From assembly GCA_041665405.1 (NCBI GenBank), contig JBAYIZ010000001.1:26618-90617 (forward strand): a stretch of DNA of 64,000 bases, written 5' to 3'. The DNA comes from Candidatus Magasanikiibacteriota bacterium (GTDB taxonomy: Bacteria > Patescibacteriota > Patescibacteriia > Magasanikbacterales > GWA2-37-8). Numbering within the stretch: the first letter of the stretch is position 1; each line of letters opens with the position of its first letter. Of the stretch, positions 56,073 to 64,000 are shown piece by piece. The notes beneath the pieces were generated by a model. It was not told the origin of the DNA. It made no database searches and worked only from the letters and a program-made list of their open reading frames with translations. The translations under genes were made by a program, and so were the position numbers.

Positions 56073-56338
56073 GGGCAGATACCAAAGTGGTTAAATGGGA
56101 CAGACTGTGAACAATTGCAGCTCTTAGGGGAAACCCTAGGATGAACTCTCTGGGATAACGGTGAAGGCTAATGGGGGTGCTAATACCGTGGGAACTCCGA
56201 AATGTTCGGGGAGCGCCGTAGAGACTAGATACCAGAGTACCCTTCGTGGGTAAAGATATAGTCCATGCCGTAAGGAAACTTATGGATAAGTGAAATCTGT
56301 TGGCTCCGCCTTCGAAGGTTCGAATCCTTCTCTGCCCA
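56073..56338 (+). tRNA. tRNA-Tyr(GTA), split by group I intron (exons 56073-56108 and 56293-56338)
   Basis: Joined exons give GGGCAGA/TCTGCCC acceptor, ACAGA-CTGT|AAA-TCTGT anticodon arm and GAAGGTTCGAATCCTTC T-arm. Confidence 0.9.
56109..56292 (+). ncRNA. Group I intron (184 nt, no internal ORF)
   Basis: Exon ends in U and pairs CUGU/GCAG with U.G at the splice site; R-like GTAGAGACTAG and S-like AAGATATAGTCC elements; terminal G. Confidence 0.88.
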
Positions 56339-56394
56339 CTTAGACCGCCATAGCTTTTGCGAAGGCAGTCCAAAATAAATTATTAATTGAACAT

Positions 56395-56547
56395 ATGTCA
56401 CAAGAAAAATTGGCAAAATTGGAGTGTTCAGAATGTAAGCGTGTGAGTTATTTTACAACTCGCAACAAAAAGCTAAAGACTCGCTTGCAATTGAAAAAAC
56501 ACTGCAAACATTGCAAAAAACACAATGAATTTAAGGAAACAAAATAA
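56395..56547 (+). CDS. rpmG: 50S ribosomal protein L33 (not in ORF track)
   Basis: MSQEKLAKLECSECKRVSYFTTRNKK...RLQLKKHCKHCKKHNEFKETK. Confidence 0.93.
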   Translation: MSQEKLAKLECSECKRVSYFTTRNKKLKTRLQLKKHCKHCKKHNEFKETK

Positions 56548-56559
56548 GCCTTTTGGTTT

Positions 56560-57345
56560 ATGAGTTTTTTTACCACTCTATACAATAGTTTGTATAATTT
56601 TAAATGGCTTCGTGACCAGAAGAATAATTCGAGCTGGGCTTGGGGCTATTTTTTTCTATTGATATTTTTGGTGGCTGGTTTATCGACTGTTTCTCTGGGG
56701 TATAAATATTTTGAAGAAGCTCCAAAATTAAAGCAGATGGTATATAGTGAATTGCCTGAATTTCAAGCAGAAGTAAAGGATGGGCAATTACAAGTGACTG
56801 GTATAGAACAGCCATATATAAAAAGTTTTGAAAATTTTGCTATCGTGGTAGATACAGTAGCGACTGGTACACTGGATATAAAAAGTTTTGTAAAACAAGA
56901 TACACAGTCAGTATTGTTGGTCACCAAAGATAATTTTGAAGTATATGACGGTCAAAGTAAAACCATCAAGAAACAATCAGTAAAAGAATTTAATAATTCC
57001 AAAACAGATCGAGCTGATGTTTTGAAGATTGCTGATAGTGCATTTAGCAATAAGATTATCTGGATGGTAATAATTTTCTGTTTTGTTATATTGTTTATAT
57101 TTTTTGTTGTTAGTAATTTGCTCAACGTGCTGTTTATCAGTTATTTGTTTTACTCTATTACGAAATATAAAAAGTTGGGCTGGAAATTTAAGGAAGTATT
57201 TACTGTTGGTTTGTTTACTGTGACCTTGCCATTAATTCTCACTCAAGCTGCTCCAAGTTTTTATCTAAATTGGGTATTCATGTTGGTGTTTGCTGGTTGG
57301 ATGTATTTGGTGGTGATTAAAAAAGATAAGGTGGTAAAAGAATAG
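56560..57345 (+). CDS. DUF1189-like membrane protein
   Basis: N-terminal TM, LPEF..KDGQL, IVVDT, C-terminal TMs with TLP. Confidence 0.7.
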   Translation: MSFFTTLYNSLYNFKWLRDQKNNSSWAWGYFFLLIFLVAGLSTVSLGYKYFEEAPKLKQMVYSELPEFQAEVKDGQLQVTGIEQPYIKSFENFAIVVDTVATGTLDIKSFVKQDTQSVLLVTKDNFEVYDGQSKTIKKQSVKEFNNSKTDRADVLKIADSAFSNKIIWMVIIFCFVILFIFFVVSNLLNVLFISYLFYSITKYKKLGWKFKEVFTVGLFTVTLPLILTQAAPSFYLNWVFMLVFAGWMYLVVIKKDKVVKE

Positions 57346-57378
57346 CAAATAGTGTATAGTATTTTTGCAGACAAACAT

Positions 57379-57449
57379 AGGGGCGTCGTATAGTGGTAGT
57401 ACTTCTCTCTCCAAAAGAGATTGCGTGGGTTCGATTCCTACCGCCCCTG
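57379..57449 (+). tRNA. tRNA-Trp(CCA)
   Basis: AGGGGCG/CGCCCCT acceptor; TCTCT-CTCCAAA-AGAGA; GGTTCGATTCC. Confidence 0.92.
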
Positions 57450-57537
57450 CTAAGTAAAACCAGATGAATTATAATCTGGTTTTTTGATTGACGGTTAACC
57501 ATAAAAAATCGTATACTATACAGTATTATATACAAAC

Positions 57538-58773
57538 ATGAATCAAGCCCACGCACTGAAAATTCTCCAATCTGGCGATAACGTTTTTCTCACCGGTTCT
57601 GCCGGAAGCGGAAAGACTTTTTTATTGAATCAATTCATTGATTATCTCAAAAGCAACAAAACAAAAGTGGGAATAACGGCGTCTACTGGTATCGCCGCCA
57701 CCCATTTGAACGGGCGTACTATTCATTCTTGGTGTGGGATGGGGATAGCCAAAAAAATGACCAAAAAACAAATTAACAAGGTTTTGAAACGGAAAGATTT
57801 GTTTGATCGTATAAAAAGCGCTCAGGTTTTAATCATTGATGAGATCTCGATGTTGGACGCGGCTAGTTTGGATTTGGTAGATAAAATTTGCAAGGCGGCC
57901 AAAAATCCGTTTATGCCATTTGGAGGAATGCAAATTGTTTTGTGTGGTGATTTTTTTCAACTACCACCTATTGGTAAAGATGCAAAATTTTCGTTTCAGG
58001 CATTTTCTTGGGAGGAAGCCGGTATTAAGGTTTGTTATTTGGATGAACAGTTTCGCCAAGACGATTCGGAGTTTTTAAAAGTTTTAAATAAAATTCGTAC
58101 CAATGAAGCAGGTGAAAAAGAATTGGCAATTCTAAAAAATAGATTACATAAAAAAGTTACTCATTTGCCAAAGGTCACCAAACTCTATACTCACAATGTA
58201 AATGTGGATATGCTCAATGAATTGGAGCTTTCAAATATTGAACAGCCAGAAGAAATATTTCAGATGATCGAACAAGGTCCACAAGATCTCGTTGAATTTT
58301 TAAAAAAGAGCTATCCAGTTGTGTCTGCATTAAAATTAAAAGTAGGCGCGATAGTGATGTTTATTAAAAATAATTTCGAAGCTGGGTATGTAAACGGCAC
58401 TCTAGGACAAGTGGTGGATTTTGATGAAGATGGCTTGCCAGTAATTAAAACAAAAAATAAAAATCGTTTGGTGGCCAAACCAGTAAGTTGGAATATTGAA
58501 GAAGACGAAACAATATTAGCGAGTATCAAACAAGTGCCTCTGCGTTTGGCTTGGGCGATAACCGTACACAAAAGTCAGGGGATGAGTTTGGATGCCGCTG
58601 AAATTGATTTATCCAAATCATTTGAACGGGGGATGGGGTATGTGGCTTTGTCACGTGTGCGTGCACTAGATGGTATTTGTCTGTTGGGTATAAATGAGAT
58701 GGCTTTGAAGGTGAATGAAGCAGTTGTAAAAAAAGATAAGGAGTTCAAGAAGTTATCCGCGAAAAATAAATGA
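57538..58773 (+). CDS. PIF1-family (SF1B) DNA helicase
   Basis: FLTGSAGSGKT, IIDEISM, GDFFQLPP, LAWAITVHKSQGMSLD, YVALSR. Confidence 0.92.
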   Translation: MNQAHALKILQSGDNVFLTGSAGSGKTFLLNQFIDYLKSNKTKVGITASTGIAATHLNGRTIHSWCGMGIAKKMTKKQINKVLKRKDLFDRIKSAQVLIIDEISMLDAASLDLVDKICKAAKNPFMPFGGMQIVLCGDFFQLPPIGKDAKFSFQAFSWEEAGIKVCYLDEQFRQDDSEFLKVLNKIRTNEAGEKELAILKNRLHKKVTHLPKVTKLYTHNVNVDMLNELELSNIEQPEEIFQMIEQGPQDLVEFLKKSYPVVSALKLKVGAIVMFIKNNFEAGYVNGTLGQVVDFDEDGLPVIKTKNKNRLVAKPVSWNIEEDETILASIKQVPLRLAWAITVHKSQGMSLDAAEIDLSKSFERGMGYVALSRVRALDGICLLGINEMALKVNEAVVKKDKEFKKLSAKNK

Positions 58774-58850
58774 AGTATTTATTTAGTTATTAGCAACTGA
58801 TATACTAGAGTAGTATTAGAAAAATGAATTTAGTTTTTATTAGATTATAT

Positions 58851-59261
58851 ATGTCTAATGGATCAAGTATTCGTATACCTGAACACGAGCTAAACATAAC
58901 ATTCGCGCGGTCTGGTGGCGCGGGTGGGCAAAATGTAAACAAAACATCGACTAAGGCTATCGTCCATTGGTCTATTAGTCGTTCAAAAGTTTTGTCTTGG
59001 GAGGAAAAAGTACTAGTAAGAACCAAATTGGCAAATAGAATAAATAATAATGACGAAGTAGTGATAATGTCCGAGGAAGAACGTTCGCAATCGCAAAATC
59101 GTGCGCTGGCTGTAGCGCGATTGCAGATGTTGGTGGCGCGTGCTTTGCATGTGCCAAAATCACGACGACCGACTCGGCCAACGAAAGCATCAAAAGTACG
59201 TCGTATTGAATCAAAAAAAATCCGCTCACTAGTGAAAGAGGGAAGGAAAGCGATAGAATAG
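58851..59261 (+). CDS. arfB: Alternative ribosome rescue factor B (peptidyl-tRNA hydrolase)
   Basis: RSGGAGGQNVNK, ERSQSQNR, basic tail RRPTRPTKAS. Confidence 0.92.
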   Translation: MSNGSSIRIPEHELNITFARSGGAGGQNVNKTSTKAIVHWSISRSKVLSWEEKVLVRTKLANRINNNDEVVIMSEEERSQSQNRALAVARLQMLVARALHVPKSRRPTRPTKASKVRRIESKKIRSLVKEGRKAIE

Positions 59262-59262
59262 T

Positions 59263-59514
59263 ATGTATTATCTCTACATACTTGAATGTGCAGACAAGAC
59301 ATTGTATACTGGTATTACTGTGGATTTGGATCGTCGGGTAAATGAGCATAATATGTCGAAATTGGGGGCCAAATATACGCATGCGCGACGACCGGTGAAA
59401 TTGGTATATTCCAAAAAGTTTAGAAATCGCTCTTTGGCATCAAAGGCAGAGAGTAAGATAAAACAAATGACAAGAGAGGAAAAAATAGAAGTAGTTCATT
59501 CGTTCAAAAAATAA
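59263..59514 (+). CDS. GIY-YIG nuclease (UPF0213/YhbQ-like)
   Basis: YLYILECAD.TLYTGIT.DL.RR..EHN...GAKYT..RRPV.LVY. Confidence 0.92.
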   Translation: MYYLYILECADKTLYTGITVDLDRRVNEHNMSKLGAKYTHARRPVKLVYSKKFRNRSLASKAESKIKQMTREEKIEVVHSFKK

Positions 59515-59616
59515 AAAACGTCTTTAGACGATGGGTATTGGTGATTGTGTCTGGTCTGTGCGATCACATTCATCGTTTGGAGGCGAATCAGGTTGTTCTT
59601 TTCCCAGGAGGTGCTC

Positions 59617-59859
59617 ATGAGCCGGGTGTATTGCGGGTGCTCAGACGAACCCATTGCCAGGATCGACGATCGGAAGGATCTTTCCTTCAGTGGGCTTTGT
59701 GAGGCCTGTTACCAGAGGGGTGGAGATTACGGACGGCCGGTGGACGTCCCTGTCATCGTCCGCCCTGCCTCGGGTACTGCGGATGTCCTTCCTTTTGTGC
59801 CCAAGAGGAAGACGACGCAGAAGGAGAGGAGGGCCACCGCGGTGTTGAAGGTGGGCTAG
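59617..59859 (+). CDS. GC-rich orphan protein (80 aa) with CxC...CxxC
   Basis: AGGAGGT 4 nt before ATG; MSRVYCGC...LCEACY; hairpin tgtggcc/ggccaca downstream. Confidence 0.6.
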   Translation: MSRVYCGCSDEPIARIDDRKDLSFSGLCEACYQRGGDYGRPVDVPVIVRPASGTADVLPFVPKRKTTQKERRATAVLKVG

Positions 59860-59941
59860 CTCCACGTAGTCAGAGTTCTGTGGCCGACTCGTTAAACAAA
59901 GGCCACACAGATATAAAATAACAATTTTAAAAAAGCTTTAT

Positions 59942-59984
59942 AAAACCATACGCTAATGGTATGAATTTGACAGCGTATGGTTTT
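59942..59984. repeat. 13-bp inverted repeat (terminator or operator) upstream of mntH
   Basis: aaaaccatacgct-N17-agcgtatggtttt. Confidence 0.6.
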
Positions 59985-60081
59985 TGTGTTTTAATATAGA
60001 CAACATTACTCTTCTATTTATAAGTTTCTTCTTCTTATCGTTTTTATAGCTGAATTTCGGCTGTTGTCTATTTTTTATTTT

Positions 60082-61428
60082 ATGACTCATGTCAATTGGT
60101 TTAAATCTCGTAATTGGGTGAACGCGGACATTACTTTAGATAAAAGTTTGTCTGAATCACACAAATCTATCCCTGTCCCAAAAGGAATGCCTTTTTGGAA
60201 AAAGATGTTGGCATTTTCTGGTCCTGGTTATCTGGTAGCAGTTGGATATATGGATCCAGGAAATTGGGCTACCGATTTAGCGGGTGGTTCTAAATTTGGA
60301 TATACTTTATTATTTGTTATTTTGCTATCAAATTTGTTTGCAATGTTGTTGCAACATTTATCGGCCAAATTAGGCATTGTGACCGGTCGTGACCTAGCGC
60401 AAATTTGTCGTGATAATTTTGGTAAACGTACTAGCATATTTCTTTGGTTAATGGCAGAGATTATGATCGTGGCTTGCGATTTAGCAGAGGTAATTGGTTC
60501 AGCGATAGCGTTGAATTTACTATTCAAAATTCCGTTGATTGTCGGTGTGCTCATTACCGCTGCCGATGTTTTTATTTTATTATTATTACAAAATAAAGGA
60601 TTTCGTTATCTCGAAGCGTTGGTAATTGTTTTGGTAGGAACGGTCATGGCCGCATTTGGTTTTGAATTGTTTTTTTCTCAACCATCAATTAGCGCAATTT
60701 TTGGTGGATTTGTTCCGACTGCCGAATTATTTACCAATAAAGAAATGCTATATATTGGTATTGGTATTCTCGGAGCTACAGTGATGCCACATAATTTATA
60801 TTTGCATTCGGCTATCGTACAGACACGTGCTTACGAAGAAACAGAAGAAGGAAAAAAAGAAGCGGTTAAATTTTTGACGATTGATTCGACTGTGGCTTTG
60901 TTGTTTGCGTTTTTTATCAATGCGGCAATTTTGATTGTGTCTGCTTCCACTTTCTTTACACGCGGGATGAACGGTATAGCAGAAATTTCTCAAGCATATG
61001 ATTTGTTAACACCGCTGTTGGGTGCTAGTTTGGCAAGCATTTTATTTGCAGTTGCCTTATTGGCTTCTGGTCAAAATTCTACTATTACCGGTACTTTGGC
61101 TGGGCAGATTATTATGGAAGGATTCTTAAAAATAAAATTAGTGCCATGGTTGCGTCGTTTGATTACTCGCGGGTTGGCTATTATTCCAGCGGTGGGGGTG
61201 ATTTTATACTTTGGCACTGGTAGTTTGACCAAACTTCTTATTTTGAGCCAAGTAGTATTAAGTATTCAATTGCCGTTTGCAGTTTTTCCGCTAGTTTATT
61301 TTACTAGCAGCAAGAAACATCTTGGTAATTTTGCTAATGGGTTACTGATTAAAATATTGGCTTGGCTAATTGCCGGCATTATCGCAGGATTAAATATTTA
61401 TTTGGTTACGATGCTATTGCTGGGTTAA
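60082..61428 (+). CDS. mntH: Nramp-family Mn2+/Fe2+ transporter
   Basis: GYMDPGNW, DLAEVIG, GATVMPHNLYLHS, QNSTITGTLAGQIIMEGF. Confidence 0.96.
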   Translation: MTHVNWFKSRNWVNADITLDKSLSESHKSIPVPKGMPFWKKMLAFSGPGYLVAVGYMDPGNWATDLAGGSKFGYTLLFVILLSNLFAMLLQHLSAKLGIVTGRDLAQICRDNFGKRTSIFLWLMAEIMIVACDLAEVIGSAIALNLLFKIPLIVGVLITAADVFILLLLQNKGFRYLEALVIVLVGTVMAAFGFELFFSQPSISAIFGGFVPTAELFTNKEMLYIGIGILGATVMPHNLYLHSAIVQTRAYEETEEGKKEAVKFLTIDSTVALLFAFFINAAILIVSASTFFTRGMNGIAEISQAYDLLTPLLGASLASILFAVALLASGQNSTITGTLAGQIIMEGFLKIKLVPWLRRLITRGLAIIPAVGVILYFGTGSLTKLLILSQVVLSIQLPFAVFPLVYFTSSKKHLGNFANGLLIKILAWLIAGIIAGLNIYLVTMLLLG

Positions 61429-61453
61429 ATATTTTTTGTTAGAATGGATGGGT

Positions 61454-62197
61454 ATGAAAATTATCTTCTTAGGAACAAATGGTTGGTATGATTCGGCTGT
61501 TGGTAGTACAGTTAGTGCTCTTATCGATAGTAAAGACGCCTACATCATTTTAGACGCTGGATTTGGTATTGTTAAAGCTCGAGACTATATTAAAGAAGAC
61601 AAGCCGGTGTATTTATTTTTGACTCATTTTCACATGGATCATGTTTGTGGTTTGCATGCGTTATCTCGCCTAAACATAAAACAGCCCCTGACTATTTTTA
61701 GTCACAGTGGTTTGAAAAAAATGTTGAAAACGATTTTTGATCATCCCTATGCTATGCCGCTGTCAGACATGAGTTTTCAAATCAAAACGGTAGAGTTAAA
61801 GGAAGGTAATTTTATTCAGCCGATAAAATTTGAATGTCGCAGTTTGGATCACATTGATTATACTTTTGGTTATCGCTTTTATTTAGAGGATAAAATTATT
61901 TCTTATTGTAGTGATACTAAGCCGTGTATTAATGATATAAAATTGGCAGATGGCGCTGATTTGTTAATACATGAATGTGGTTGGAATATTCGACCGGCAG
62001 ATGATTTTTGGGGACATACCGATCCAGAGGGGGCAGGGGAGGTAGCCGCAAAAGCGAGAGCCAAAAAACTTTGTCTGACACATTTTGGCCCCAATGCTTT
62101 TGAAACACGCGCCAAAAGATTCGATGGTCAAAAACGAGCGAGAAAAATTTTCAAAAATACCCTGTCTGCGTTTGATGGTATGGTAGTGAAAGTATAA
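61454..62197 (+). CDS. Metallo-beta-lactamase-fold hydrolase, RNase Z-like
   Basis: FLGTNG, LTHFHMDHVCG, SDT, ADLLIHE, GHT, LTHF. Confidence 0.85.
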   Translation: MKIIFLGTNGWYDSAVGSTVSALIDSKDAYIILDAGFGIVKARDYIKEDKPVYLFLTHFHMDHVCGLHALSRLNIKQPLTIFSHSGLKKMLKTIFDHPYAMPLSDMSFQIKTVELKEGNFIQPIKFECRSLDHIDYTFGYRFYLEDKIISYCSDTKPCINDIKLADGADLLIHECGWNIRPADDFWGHTDPEGAGEVAAKARAKKLCLTHFGPNAFETRAKRFDGQKRARKIFKNTLSAFDGMVVKV

Positions 62198-62272
62198 AAT
62201 AATTAAGATAAAAATCCGCCATTTAAATAAGGCGGATTCTTTTTTTGCTACACTACAACGAAATGCACCGTC

Positions 62273-62325
62273 TTGACAGTTATTTACATTTAATATATTA
62301 TATACCTATACCTATGGTCTAGGTA
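62273..62325 (+). promoter_or_regulatory. csoR promoter with probable CsoR operator
   Basis: TTGACA-17-TATTAT followed by inverted repeat tacctatacc-tat-ggtctaggta (62303-62325). Confidence 0.6.
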
Positions 62326-62355
62326 CTAACATAAATTAATAAATAATGTAAAATT

Positions 62356-62631
62356 ATGATAGAACCATACAAAGGAAAAATCAAGTTGAGTCTCAAAAAA
62401 GCTCAAGGACAGCTTAAATTATTGGATAAAATGATTGAAGAAGATCGCTATTGTATTGATGTGGCTCAACAGATCAATGCCGCGATTGGTTTGTTAAAAC
62501 AAATAAATAACACCATTTTAGAAAATCATTTGCAAAGTTGTGGTACCAATAAACTGAATTCCAGGAGCACTGAAGAAAAAGCTCAGTTTATCAAAGAATT
62601 AATTAAAACTTTTAATTTAACTGGTAAATAA
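62356..62631 (+). CDS. csoR: CsoR/RcnR-family metal-sensing repressor
   Basis: GQL....KMIEEDRYCID...QI.A..G.L......ILENHL.SC. Confidence 0.85.
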   Translation: MIEPYKGKIKLSLKKAQGQLKLLDKMIEEDRYCIDVAQQINAAIGLLKQINNTILENHLQSCGTNKLNSRSTEEKAQFIKELIKTFNLTGK

Positions 62632-62635
62632 TATT

Positions 62636-64000
62636 ATGCCTAAATTTATTGTCCCTATTAAAGGGATGCATTGTAAATCATGTGAAATTTTAGTCGAACA
62701 AAACTTGAACAAAGTTTGTGGAGTAGTCAAAGCAGACGTTGATCATAAAATCGGTCAAGCGGTAGTGTATTTCGAAAATACAAAACCAGCACAGGAGCAA
62801 ATCGCTTCGGCAGTCGAGGAATCCGGATATAAAATTGGCATAAAAGAAAAAAATGGTTGGTTGTCCAAAGATGTTAGTGATTATCAAAATTTATTGTATG
62901 GTGCCGTGATATTGTTTGTGTTCTATTTCATAGCGCGTAGTTTCGGTATATTTAATGTCAATGTTAATACTGAAAATAGCGGTTTAGGCGTAGTATTATT
63001 AGTAGGTTTAGTTGCAGGTATTTCCACCTGTATGGCGATGGTTGGTGGTTTGGTGCTAGGGCTGTCAGCTCGTCATGCAGAACTTCATCCAGAGGCTTCG
63101 GCACAACAAAAATTTCGTCCCCACATTTATTTTAATTTAGGTAGAGTAATTGGTTTTGCGTTATTAGGTGGAATTATTGGCTTGCTTGGTTCGGCCTTCA
63201 AAATTTCTGCTGGATTTTTAGGAGTACTTACTATTATCGTCAGTTTAGTAATGATTTTCTTAGGTTTAAAATTAATTAATATTTTTCCATTTTTACAAGA
63301 TAAAAATATTGTCTTACCAAAAAGTATCGCCAAATTTTTTGGGCTAGGAAAAGAAAATAGAGAATATAGTCATCGTGGTGCGATAATTTCTGGTGCGGCG
63401 ACTTTTTTTCTGCCTTGTGGTTTTACACAGGCGATGCAACTCTACGCCGTAAGTTCTGGTAGTTTCACTCAGGGTGCTCTGATAATGGGATTGTTTGCAC
63501 TCGGTACGGCACCAGGCCTGCTCGGTATTGGTGGTTTGTCTTCAATCTTCAAAGGAAAAAAAGCACGAATATTTTTTGCGGCAGCTGGTATCGCGATAAT
63601 TATATTCGGTTGGTATAATATTAGTAATGCCAGCCGATTGTTTGGAAATGGATCAGTGGATGTCGCCACCACCGCAGTCACTAGTGATGCACAAGTGATA
63701 AATATGGTTCAGGGTTTTGATGGATATAGTCCAAATGTTTTCACAATACAAAAGGGCCGTCAGGTAAAATGGGTGATTAAATCGGAAACATCATTTTCGT
63801 GTGCCAGCTATATCGTAATGCCGAAATTTAATATTAGTCAGCCGTTAAAGAAGGGTGAAAATATTATTACCTTTATGCCGACAGAAACTGGTGAGATTCC
63901 ATTTTCTTGTTCTATGGGTATGTATACTGGAAAATTTATTGTGGTAGATAAAGTAACTTTTTTACCAGCAGTGCAAAAAGTATCAGCAGCACCAATAGCA
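62636..64000 (+). CDS. HMA + DsbD_2/TauE-like membrane domain + cupredoxin fusion (3'-truncated; absent from ORF track)
   Basis: GMHCKSC at the N-terminus, STCMAMVGG, FFLPCGFTQAMQ, FSCSMGMY; frame runs off the window. Confidence 0.88.
   Translation, partial: MPKFIVPIKGMHCKSCEILVEQNLNKVCGVVKADVDHKIGQAVVYFENTKPAQEQIASAVEESGYKIGIKEKNGWLSKDVSDYQNLLYGAVILFVFYFIARSFGIFNVNVNTENSGLGVVLLVGLVAGISTCMAMVGGLVLGLSARHAELHPEASAQQKFRPHIYFNLGRVIGFALLGGIIGLLGSAFKISAGFLGVLTIIVSLVMIFLGLKLINIFPFLQDKNIVLPKSIAKFFGLGKENREYSHRGAIISGAATFFLPCGFTQAMQLYAVSSGSFTQGALIMGLFALGTAPGLLGIGGLSSIFKGKKARIFFAAAGIAIIIFGWYNISNASRLFGNGSVDVATTAVTSDAQVINMVQGFDGYSPNVFTIQKGRQVKWVIKSETSFSCASYIVMPKFNISQPLKKGENIITFMPTETGEIPFSCSMGMYTGKFIVVDKVTFLPAVQKVSAAPIA

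Noticed and set aside
56343-56370. Imperfect hairpin gaccgccatagcttttgcgaaggcagtc after tRNA-Tyr
   Set aside because: Looks like a REP-type palindrome but has a single copy in the window, so a repeat family cannot be shown.
56068-56416. Minus-strand ORFs of 101 and 63 aa
   Set aside because: Antisense to the tRNA-Tyr exons and group I intron; no protein-like features.
59920-60081. yybP-ykoY Mn riboswitch or MntR box upstream of mntH
   Set aside because: Only a simple inverted repeat is visible; no riboswitch consensus could be supported.
772-63681. Numerous 60-170 aa antisense or off-frame ORFs in the track
   Set aside because: They overlap confidently identified genes and lack motifs; treated as shadow ORFs.
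1-64000. CRISPR array, cas genes, integrase/transposase, reverse transcriptase
   Set aside because: No regularly spaced direct repeats, and no ORF with recognisable Cas, tyrosine/serine recombinase, DDE or RT (YxDD) motifs was seen.
1-64000. Template repeat for the 17227-17367 variable region
   Set aside because: By eye I found no second, adenine-rich copy of that segment in the window; a computational search is still needed.
1-64000. Alternative genetic code (UGA recoding as in Gracilibacteria/Absconditabacteria)
   Set aside because: Conserved genes are full length under code 11 and TGA terminates the PIF1 helicase at a plausible end.

Overview
AT-rich, gene-dense, mostly + strand chromosomal window from a reduced-genome bacterium, most likely a Patescibacteria/CPR (Parcubacteria-like) lineage. 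That assignment is inferred from archaeal-type AspRS and PyrH, alpha2 GlyRS, tandem gpmI, a DUF4012 protein and the near absence of Shine-Dalgarno motifs; the genetic code is the standard code 11. The backbone is housekeeping: aspS, scpAB, glycolysis (pgk, eno, 2x gpmI, tpiA), valS/tyrS/argS/glyQS, ndk, pyrH, xseAB, rplJL with an L10 leader, rpmB, rpmG, mreB, holB, frr, five tRNA genes and a metal-homeostasis block at the right end. The notable elements are: (1) a probable remote diversity-generating retroelement target gene with a C-terminal variable region and downstream hairpin, with no RT or template repeat seen in the window; (2) an N-acyltransferase-like + ThiF (Rv1355c-like) + nitroreductase cluster beside a multi-TM sensor kinase, resembling N-acyl-amino-acid/oxazolone synthesis coupled to signalling; (3) tRNA-Tyr(GUA) split at 35/36 by a 184-nt group I intron, preceded by a free-standing PD-(D/E)XK endonuclease; (4) four GC-rich, Shine-Dalgarno-led orphan genes in an otherwise largely SD-less AT-rich window; (5) an ATTCCC-N8-GGGAAT palindromic repeat, one copy of which lies in frame inside argS; (6) a 6S-like ncRNA and branched inverted-repeat elements. 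All family assignments are from motif recognition by eye; no searches were run.
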